Of a stretch of 64,000 nt of DNA, positions 19,533 to 27,085 are shown one piece after another (position 1 is the first letter of the stretch; each line of letters begins with the position of its first letter). The notes under the pieces are model-generated. The model had not been told where the DNA came from and ran no database searches. It was given only the letters and a program-made list of their open reading frames with translations. The stretch covers positions 101 through 64,100 of the forward strand of contig JAUIBQ010000002.1 of the NCBI GenBank assembly GCA_030427445.1, given 5' to 3'. A program made the translations under genes and the position numbers. This DNA is from a bacterium (GTDB taxonomy: Bacteria; Patescibacteriota; Saccharimonadia; Saccharimonadales; SZUA-47).

Positions 19533-20330
19533 CTAGTCCTTTCTTGGCGGCAATGGCACAAGAATACTCGTGCGTTTTTTGTACTCTTGGTACTTTTTAA
19601 TGTTGCCCCACTTTTGGTCTGCTTTTTTCTCTAAAATAGGTATCCCGCTAGCAAATAATAAAAGGCCTGCGATACTAAGAGGCCCTACCGATGCGACAAG
19701 CACCTGAGAAAGTGGTTCAACGACTGACGTCGCGACTACAAATAGTCCGTACCACACCATAATCTCACCGAAATAGTTCGGATGACGTGAATACTTCCAG
19801 AGCCCAGTTTCTATCCAGCCTTTTGGCTTCGGTTTTTGAGTTATGAACTTGAACTTTTGTGCATCAGCTATTGTTTCAAACAACAATCCAAATAGTGATA
19901 TCACGACTCCGGTAATTAATACTGGAAGCACTGCTGTTCTTGCTAAATCACCTATAAACAGCATCTCTACAGGTAGTAAAATAATTGGCACCGCCAAAGC
20001 TTGAAGTAGCCAAAACTGACCGAACTTTTTGAAACTAGATCGTTTATCATCAAAACGAGCATCTTTACCGAACTTAGTGACTCGAGCGACAAGATACGTA
20101 GCAAGTCGTATAGCCCACAAGAACACAACAACACTAGCAACCACCTGCTCGACTTCGATACGCTCGACTTGAATGAGAGCAAAAAGTGTCACCGCGACGA
20201 ACGTCAAAGCATAGCTGGCATCAGTTAATTTATCTGTTTGAAGCCTGTAAGCAACCACGAGTCCAATACCATTTATTGCAAAGGAGATTGCAAAAAATGG
20301 CAATAAGTCTTGAAACAATTCAATCATCAC
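19533..20330 (-). CDS. DUF1295 family membrane protein
   Basis: DARF, ETIADAQK, GLWKYSRHPNYFGE, SGIP.LE, Y.KRTS. Confidence 0.85.
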   Translation of the reverse strand: MMIELFQDLLPFFAISFAINGIGLVVAYRLQTDKLTDASYALTFVAVTLFALIQVERIEVEQVVASVVVFLWAIRLATYLVARVTKFGKDARFDDKRSSFKKFGQFWLLQALAVPIILLPVEMLFIGDLARTAVLPVLITGVVISLFGLLFETIADAQKFKFITQKPKPKGWIETGLWKYSRHPNYFGEIMVWYGLFVVATSVVEPLSQVLVASVGPLSIAGLLLFASGIPILEKKADQKWGNIKKYQEYKKRTSILVPLPPRKD

Positions 20331-21271
20331 TAGGCTCCTGGAGCTTGTTTATGAGGATTGTGAGAAGCGCCCCTACTTCCCTTACTCACTTCATTTGCTG
20401 TAATCATCGCGTTACGCAGCTGCTCAGAAATGTCATTCATGCCACTTGGTGCATGCGGAATCAAAATCGTATTACTGTTGCTACCTAAGCCTACGTCTTT
20501 AAGCGTGTCAAAGTACTGAGTCATCAACACGAGGTTCATGACATCTTGTGAGCTTGTACCATCAACTGATTGTTTGAACTCGGTAACGGATTCTTCGAGT
20601 CCCTTCACGATCGCTGTACGCTGGTCAGCGATACCCTTACCACTAAGTGCTTTACTCTCAGCTTCTGCTTCTGCAGCTTTCACGACGCGGATCTTGTCAG
20701 CTTCTGCTTCTTCAACAGCAGCAACTCGTAAACGCTGGGCAGCATTAATCTTGTTCATGCTTGCTTTCACATTCGCATCTGGGTCAATATCAGTCACGAG
20801 TGTCTTCACGATACCGTACCCGAAATCATCCATGATTTGCTCAAGCTCAGTTTTAACCGCTTGTGCGATATCGTCTTTAGTTTCGAAAACGTTATCTAGC
20901 GTAATGCCTGGCACACGAGCGCGCACGACATCGTAGACGTAGCTAGTAATCTGCGCTTCAGTGTTTTGAAGTTTATAGAATGCATCAACGATTTTTTCTG
21001 GGATCACGTAGTACTGAACGCTCACGATAACGAACACAAACACGTTGTCTTTCGTCTTTGTCTCAACGCGCACATCGAGCTGACGTACTCGCAGTGAAAT
21101 CCTCCCGGCTACTCTATCAATCAAAGGTATTTTGAAGTTAAGACCTGCAGATGACACTTTGTTAAATTTCCCAAACCGCTCTACCAAAGCTGCTGTCTGC
21201 TGGCTTACAGTAAACAAACCTGTCACTAGCACGATTAGCGCAAATATGACGATAAATATGATAAATCCCAC
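20330..21271 (-). CDS. SPFH/band 7 (stomatin-like) protein
   Basis: ERFGKF, ETKTKDNVFV, SMNKINAAQR, TQYFDTL; start moved to GTG at 21271 behind an AAGGAG RBS. Confidence 0.88.
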   Translation of the reverse strand: MGFIIFIVIFALIVLVTGLFTVSQQTAALVERFGKFNKVSSAGLNFKIPLIDRVAGRISLRVRQLDVRVETKTKDNVFVFVIVSVQYYVIPEKIVDAFYKLQNTEAQITSYVYDVVRARVPGITLDNVFETKDDIAQAVKTELEQIMDDFGYGIVKTLVTDIDPDANVKASMNKINAAQRLRVAAVEEAEADKIRVVKAAEAEAESKALSGKGIADQRTAIVKGLEESVTEFKQSVDGTSSQDVMNLVLMTQYFDTLKDVGLGSNSNTILIPHAPSGMNDISEQLRNAMITANEVSKGSRGASHNPHKQAPGA

Positions 21272-21401
21272 GTTGTAACTCCTTCTTTTATAAAAAGTAT
21301 AGCAAAAACATACCTGAACTATCTTGTATTGTGAGAAATCCAACTGTGATAAATGGATTTGATTTATAAAGTGGTGGTACCTAAAAAGAAAAGGAGTACC
21401 C

Positions 21402-21947
21402 ATGAGCTTAGAAGATAAACGAATAATCGTTATGGCAACAGATGGATTTGAAGATTCAGAGTTTAACGAACCATTTCAAAGGCTACAAACTGAACAAGCT
21501 TCAGTCACAATCGTCTCAACAAACGAAAGTGTCATAACGGGCAAAGATGGCACGACGTATGATGTCGATATACACGTTAGTGAAGTTGATGCAGAAGATT
21601 ATGATGCACTTGTGCTTCCAGGAGGAGTTGCTAATCCGGACAAACTACGGACGGATGAAGATGCAGTGAGAATCGTCAGAGAATTTTTCGAGCAGCACAA
21701 ACCTGTGAGCGCGATATGTCATGCTCCATGGATGCTCATCGAAGCAGACGTACTAGATGGTCGAACTATCACCTCATGGCCAAGCTTACGGACCGATGTT
21801 GAAAACGCCGGAGCAATTTGGGTAGACAAAGAAGTTGTCGTGGATGAGGGGCTCACTACAAGTCGTAACCCTGATGACCTGCCAGCCTTCTGCGACAAAA
21901 TGGTCGAAGAAATTCTCGAGGGTAAACACGCCGAACAAACTGCCTAA
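21402..21947 (+). CDS. PfpI/DJ-1 family protein
   Basis: DGFEDSE, LVLPGG..NPD.LR, AICHAPW, TSRNPDD. Confidence 0.9.
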   Translation: MSLEDKRIIVMATDGFEDSEFNEPFQRLQTEQASVTIVSTNESVITGKDGTTYDVDIHVSEVDAEDYDALVLPGGVANPDKLRTDEDAVRIVREFFEQHKPVSAICHAPWMLIEADVLDGRTITSWPSLRTDVENAGAIWVDKEVVVDEGLTTSRNPDDLPAFCDKMVEEILEGKHAEQTA

Positions 21948-21965
21948 GTCTAGTGCCTTCAGCAC

Positions 21966-21994
21966 AAAAGAGCTCGGTTAATCGAGCTCTTTTT
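21966..21994. terminator. bidirectional intrinsic terminator
   Basis: aaaagagctcg-gttaat-cgagctctttt. Confidence 0.75.
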
Positions 21995-21999
21995 AGTTA

Positions 22000-22213
<214 letters not shown>

Positions 22214-22282
22214 ATGGTATGTTTAAGCGATTTGCTCAAGGGATTATAACAGAGGTAAATAATAGTTTCAACTTATCTTGAT

Positions 22283-22384
22283 GAGGGATGGCCGAAGTAA
22301 ACTTCGGCGAAGCGAACCCTTGGGTTAGAACACATGTTCACCCATCAAATAAAAACAACCGAGACAAGCTCGGTTATATTTATT
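22283..22384 (-). mobile_element. tRNA-Ser(GCT)-attached mini unit, near-identical to 45283-45380
   Basis: Shares aataaatataaccgagcttg.ctcggtt and acccaagggttcg..tcgccgaagtttacttcggccatc with the tRNA-Ser(GGA) locus. Confidence 0.7.
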
Positions 22385-22477
22385 TGGCGGAGAGAGAGGG
22401 ATTCGAACCCTCGCGCCAGGTTGCCCCGACCTACAGCTTTAGCAAAGCCGCCCCTTCAGCCACTTGGGTACCTCTCC
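22385..22477 (-). tRNA. tRNA-Ser(GCT)
   Basis: GGAGAGGTACCCAAGTGG...TT-GCT-AA...GGTTCGAATCCCTCTCTCTCCGCCA. Confidence 0.95.
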
Positions 22478-22590
22478 TTTTTTGTCATTGGCTAATGCTG
22501 TATTTTACAGGATTCTCCTCTATATTTAAAGTGTTTAGTGTGTATATTTACTGACAGAAAAAGCATAAGTAATGTACACTGGGTGTAGAT

Positions 22591-23136
22591 ATGGAGCAAA
22601 AAAACCAACCAGAGAGTAATTGGGCATACAACCCTGGACAAGTACATGATTCTTCCTCTGTGAATACTCCAATGCAAAAACAGGCGATTTCTTGGTCCGC
22701 TTCAGAGTACATTTCTCACGAAAAATCACCGATGTGGTATGCATATCTAGCGTCTGGTGCGACAGTACTTTGTGCAGTCGTCTTCTTATTCACGAGGGAC
22801 TGGATTGCCGTCACTGTCGTCGCAGTCACTGTATTACTCCTCGCAATTTATTCCAACCGAACTCCAAGGACTCGCAATTATGTGCTTGATGACAAGGGCT
22901 TACATATCGACAACGAACTTCATCCATTCAGCAAGTTCCGGTCGTTCTCAATCGTCGAAGAAGGCGGTATTAGTAGCATCTGGTTAAAGCCCTTAAAACG
23001 AGTCTCCCCTGTCGTGGTCATTTACTGTGCACCAGATGAAGAGCCAAATATCGTGAATGCTCTTGGAAACTATCTACCGCATGAGCAACGTGAGCTTGAC
23101 CAGATCGACCGCATCAGCAAACAGCTTCGCTTCTAA
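22591..23136 (+). CDS. hypothetical membrane protein
   Basis: W.ASEY..HEK...WY motif followed by two TM helices and a soluble domain. Confidence 0.7.
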   Translation: MEQKNQPESNWAYNPGQVHDSSSVNTPMQKQAISWSASEYISHEKSPMWYAYLASGATVLCAVVFLFTRDWIAVTVVAVTVLLLAIYSNRTPRTRNYVLDDKGLHIDNELHPFSKFRSFSIVEEGGISSIWLKPLKRVSPVVVIYCAPDEEPNIVNALGNYLPHEQRELDQIDRISKQLRF

Positions 23137-23729
23137 GAGTTAATTCGCTTTTCCTCCAGCCAACCAGGCACTTCAGAGAACACAATTTCTTTCCAGTAGT
23201 CTATCTCTTCCTCCGTGACGTCATAAACGGCTTGATATGCCACCTCAACACTTCCGTGCAATGCGTTTTTATAGTCTAAGCCAAGTTGTTCAGCGACATC
23301 TCTAAGCGCTGCTTCATCAGGAGCTTCTATCTCAACGAACGATGGTATCCATGGCCATGTATCAAGTTCGACTTCTACGGCACCAATTTTCCAGCTTTCT
23401 CGTTTTGTTTCTTGATACGACTTAGATTGCAGTCCGACCGACTCGAGAAATGAACACGTATCATCAAAATCACTTACTTCGACACTTACTTCTTTCGTGC
23501 CGACTAGTGTTCTGTTGTATAGCTGTTTATAACTGAGCGTAACTTTGTCGCCCTCACTTCTCACTCGTACCCATCCGTTTACTTTGTCTAATCTATTGTC
23601 AGGGAAATCAAAGTTTTTACGTACCATCATGCGTTCAGCATGGATGAGTTTTGCACCAGCTTTTTTAAGTGTAGTTCTTAGTTCACTGTGGTTAACATCA
23701 AGCCACTTGGCTTCAATTTCTGTTGTCAT
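23133..23729 (-). CDS. CYTH domain protein (class IV adenylyl cyclase/triphosphatase family)
   Basis: EIEAK, WVRVR.EG....LSYK, E..RE.W, ELD.WP....VEIE. Confidence 0.85.
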   Translation of the reverse strand: MTTEIEAKWLDVNHSELRTTLKKAGAKLIHAERMMVRKNFDFPDNRLDKVNGWVRVRSEGDKVTLSYKQLYNRTLVGTKEVSVEVSDFDDTCSFLESVGLQSKSYQETKRESWKIGAVEVELDTWPWIPSFVEIEAPDEAALRDVAEQLGLDYKNALHGSVEVAYQAVYDVTEEEIDYWKEIVFSEVPGWLEEKRINS

Positions 23730-23827
23730 GAGTTAACTATAGCAAACAACAGTTTATCTAATGCACCATCAAGAAGCTGTTTTAACAGCAATAAGGTGTC
23801 AATAAGTAGTGAAATGATTTAGCTAGT

Positions 23828-24415
23828 CTAAAGTGTATGTGGATGAGTCACTGAGCGCACTGTACTATAAAAATCAGCAGTATCCTGACTCGCTTCTACT
23901 GTTACGTAGTGAGTTCCAGCACCATGATTGTATCTTGCGCCACTTTGAATCTCTTCTTCAGTTCTTGGTTTATCCGCAGGAGTTCCATCAGCTTCTAGGT
24001 AGCCTTGCATAGTTACTACCTTCATTTCATCCATATCACGAAAAGCATCCTCATATTCTGCTGGATTTTTTGGTTTACTAGTAGTTACGGAAACTCCAAG
24101 TCTCTCACCGTCAATATCTGAAACTTTTTGCATAACTCCTGCTATAGAGTCGACAGTAAATTCACCGTGTTTATGAGTTCTTGGAAATACTAGAGGGCTA
24201 TCTGCCAGCTCAACCGATGACGCTTTTCTAAATGCACTAAGAGCTTGCGCCCCCAACTCCTCGCCCCTCTTTGTTAGCATGGCTTTAGTTGCCGCATTCA
24301 AAGCTTTAATTTTATCATTTGGGTCACCCGTGCGAAGCGCCGCGTCTCTTGTAGCGTGAGCATATGCACGTCGTATTCTAGGATTATTTGATTCTGAAGA
24401 AAATGTATTTTTCAT
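23828..24415 (-). CDS. hypothetical protein
   Basis: 195-aa ORF directly behind a consensus promoter. Confidence 0.6.
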   Translation of the reverse strand: MKNTFSSESNNPRIRRAYAHATRDAALRTGDPNDKIKALNAATKAMLTKRGEELGAQALSAFRKASSVELADSPLVFPRTHKHGEFTVDSIAGVMQKVSDIDGERLGVSVTTSKPKNPAEYEDAFRDMDEMKVVTMQGYLEADGTPADKPRTEEEIQSGARYNHGAGTHYVTVEASQDTADFYSTVRSVTHPHTL

Positions 24416-24422
24416 AAACTAC

Positions 24423-24451
24423 ATTATAACTTGTATACTTATTTTTGTCAA
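24423..24451 (-). promoter_or_regulatory. sigma70 promoter; GTATAC palindromes on both sides of the -35
   Basis: Minus strand TTGACA-17 bp-TATAAT, ending 7 nt before the ATG (leaderless-type). Confidence 0.7.
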
Positions 24452-24530
24452 GTATACTTTTGCTGATGATTTTCTGAGTTTCGAGCAAAATTACCAATAA
24501 AAAATCCACCCAATGGTGTATTTTTTATTT

Positions 24531-24930
24531 TGGTACACCCGGCGCGATTACTATGTGTGATTCTGCGTAAACTGCGGATGTGCAAGCATCTTTCTTAAAC
24601 CCGGCGGATACATAAAATCCGCCCGTCTGCAAAGCAAGCTTTGCTGGGGGATTTCCGAACGCTGCGTTCGAATCGTGGCTAGATATATCTAGCAAAATTA
24701 ATAACCGCCCTACTTACGTAAGACGGTTTCTAATTTTCCTGGTACACCCGGCGCGATTCGCCCACATTCTGCGAGCCCAGAACTTTCAAGCATGAAGCAA
24801 GTTTCATTGCTGAAAGGTTCTCTTGCGAAATGCCACAGGCATTTCTCACACACGACCTCTTTCCGGTCGTGGTTGAATATCGTCGAGGTGAATTCAAATC
24901 AAAAACCCCTCAAACGAGGGGTTCTAGATT
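24531..24930 (-). mobile_element. two tandem mini units downstream of tRNA-Arg, each ending in a tRNA 3'-end copy
   Basis: tggtacacccggcgcgatt at 24531, 24740 and 24931 (the tRNA itself); units of 209 and 191 bp packed with short hairpins; cacgacctctt (24851-24861) continues the tRNA sequence beyond the insert. Confidence 0.7.
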
Positions 24931-25007
24931 TGGTACACCCGGCGCGATTCGAACGCACGACCTCTTGTACCGCAAACAAACGCTCTATCCAGCTGAGCTA
25001 CGGGTGC
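24931..25007 (-). tRNA. tRNA-Arg(GCG)
   Basis: GCACCCGTAGCTCAGCTGGATAGAGCG..TT-GCG-GT..GTTCGAATCGCGCCGGGTGTACCA. Confidence 0.93.
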
Positions 25008-25054
25008 TTAACAGGGGTTAATTGTACCATTAAACATGTATAATTACTAGTGTT

Positions 25055-25148
25055 GGAGAGGTGGCCGAGTCCGGTTGAAGGCGCACGACTCGAAATCGTG
25101 TAAGCAGTTTTCGCTGTTTCAAGGGTTCAAATCCCTTCCTCTCCGCCA
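25055..25148 (+). tRNA. tRNA-Ser(CGA)
   Basis: GGAGAGGTGGCCGAGT...CT-CGA-AA...GGTTCAAATCCCTTCCTCTCCGCCA. Confidence 0.95.
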
Positions 25149-25167
25149 AAACTGCTATACTTCTCTT

Positions 25168-25572
25168 ATGCAAACAAGCATTTTTACTAAGATTATTAAT
25201 GGTGAAATCCCTTCACATAAAGTGTATGAGGACGAAAACACATTTGCTTTTATGGACATCCACCCTGTGCAGCCAGGCATGGTTCTCGTCGTACCAAAAG
25301 CTGAAGTCGACAACTTTGAAGACTTAGAAAGCGACGATTACTTGCAGCTCATGACTACGGTAAAAAGAGTTGCTCGGGGACTGCGTCGTGTATTTCCAGA
25401 AAAAGCAAAGATTGGTGTGCAAATCGAAGGACTTGAGGTCCCCCATGCTCACGTAAAGCTTATCCCGATTGATTCTGGAGCTGAGTTCCACGCTCATGCA
25501 TCAGAAACTGAACCAGATCATGAAGCATTAGCGGAATTAGCAATGAAAATTAAGGAGAGTATTGATGTTTAG
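25168..25572 (+). CDS. HIT family protein
   Basis: SIFTKII.GEIP, F.DI.P, VPHAHVKLIP; start moved to ATG 25168 because the track start lies inside the tRNA. Confidence 0.88.
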   Translation: MQTSIFTKIINGEIPSHKVYEDENTFAFMDIHPVQPGMVLVVPKAEVDNFEDLESDDYLQLMTTVKRVARGLRRVFPEKAKIGVQIEGLEVPHAHVKLIPIDSGAEFHAHASETEPDHEALAELAMKIKESIDV

Positions 25573-25741
25573 TAATTTTGTAGTAGCACTCGCAGCCGCA
25601 GTAGGTGTAGGGATTTACGTGTACCGTTATTTTGGGAAACGAGCGACTGCCGGGCAATTTGACAAAACATTTGCTCCAGCAGCAATCGCAGCAGTGCTCA
25701 CATTCATAATTGCACTAACGACACTCGCAACTGTTCTGTAA
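25565..25741 (+). CDS. small two-TM membrane protein (58 aa)
   Basis: MFSNFVVALAAAVGVGIYVYRYFGKR...AAIAAVLTFIIALTTLATVL; AAGGAG RBS; below the track cut-off. Confidence 0.6.
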   Translation: MFSNFVVALAAAVGVGIYVYRYFGKRATAGQFDKTFAPAAIAAVLTFIIALTTLATVL

Positions 25742-25807
25742 AACTAGCCATTTAATGCTAATTCTACTTCCATAAGCGCTTCAGCACTGATATTATAGTG
25801 TTTGTAT

Positions 25808-26668
25808 ATGGGTAGGGACGAGCAAAAACTTGGTGTTGCAATTCAAAAGGCACGCCAGGCCAAGAATATGACTCAACAGCAGCTATGCGAGAAAGCTGAT
25901 CTGTCATATTCGACTCTGACGAAGATTGAACGTGGCGCTATCAAAGCCCCTTCTATCTTCACAGTTGCCTCTCTTTGCCGTATATTAAACATTTCCTTGG
26001 ACGAGTTATTGGGCACGGTCGTCCAAGGTCACAACACATTACAACCAGCTGACAGCAAGAAAACATCGAAAACCGGTGTTCGCTTTTTGTATATGGACCT
26101 AAATGGTTGTCTTGTACACTTTTATCAACACGCTTTTTTGGAAATCTCTCAAGAATTTGGCCTCTCAAGTGGACAAGTTGAAGCGGCATTTTGGCACTTC
26201 AATGACACTGCAAACAGAGGTAAAATGACGCTTGATGAATTCAACCAAGCATTTGCTGAGCGCCTTGGTGTCGAGTCTATTGCATGGCAAGATTATTACT
26301 TACGAGCAGCTGAACCAATCAAAGAAGCTCAAGAAGTCCTTCGCTGGGCATCGGATCACTACAAAGTTGGACTGCTGACCAACATTACAGAGTCGCTCGT
26401 CGAAGGTTTATTGGCTAAAGGCACTCTCCCTGACGTTGAATACGACGCAATCATTGATTCCTCAAAGGTTGGACATATCAAGCCAGAGCTCGAAATTTAT
26501 CAAATAGCTATTGAACAATCAGGAGTAAAGCCTGAAGAAATCTTATTTGTTGATGACTCGCGTGCGAACTTAAGCGCTGCCGAATCACTTGGCATGCAAG
26601 TTCTCTGGTTCGACGACTTCTCTGCAGAAGCCTCAGCGGATAAAATCCGCGAATACCTAGAGTACTAA
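25808..26668 (+). CDS. XRE HTH - HAD phosphatase fusion
   Basis: MTQQQLCEKADLSYSTLTKIERG HTH; DLNGCL, LLTN, KPE..IY, FVDD HAD motifs. Confidence 0.8.
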   Translation: MGRDEQKLGVAIQKARQAKNMTQQQLCEKADLSYSTLTKIERGAIKAPSIFTVASLCRILNISLDELLGTVVQGHNTLQPADSKKTSKTGVRFLYMDLNGCLVHFYQHAFLEISQEFGLSSGQVEAAFWHFNDTANRGKMTLDEFNQAFAERLGVESIAWQDYYLRAAEPIKEAQEVLRWASDHYKVGLLTNITESLVEGLLAKGTLPDVEYDAIIDSSKVGHIKPELEIYQIAIEQSGVKPEEILFVDDSRANLSAAESLGMQVLWFDDFSAEASADKIREYLEY

Positions 26669-27085
26669 TTTTTTAAATTTCACCACAGTAGTAGATGATA
26701 CGTCACTACATGGTTTTCAACGCCGTTTGGTGATTTAACTTCTTAGGATTTCACCCCGTTTGTAAATGGTTTACATTACAACGGGGCACGGCATCATTTT
26801 AATTATTGCAGAGGATTCTGAAGGTTGTTTCTCGCTTTGGAAATACTCTTGTAGAATGAGCTTGAATGAATCGAATCATTGCTGAGGACCAGCCAGAAAA
26901 CATCAATAACGATAACTTTTCTGGCCGCTTGAGTTCCGCAAGCACGGTTTATTCAAGCTTGTTTTGCAAAGATGTTTTTCCAACCGCGAGTCATTTTTTA
27001 TCTTCATTTTTGATGACCCAAAAATGAAGTCGCCTGTCGTGCGTGAACGACAAAAAAGTAAAACGTAGTTGTTACGACAAGATTT

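Noticed and set aside
24531-24950. CRISPR array
   Set aside because: The repeats are tRNA 3' ends, the spacers are about 170-190 bp, and there are no cas genes in the window.
24792-25167. Track ORFs across tRNA-Arg and the N-terminal extension of the HIT ORF
   Set aside because: They overlap clear tRNA genes. HIT starts at 25168.
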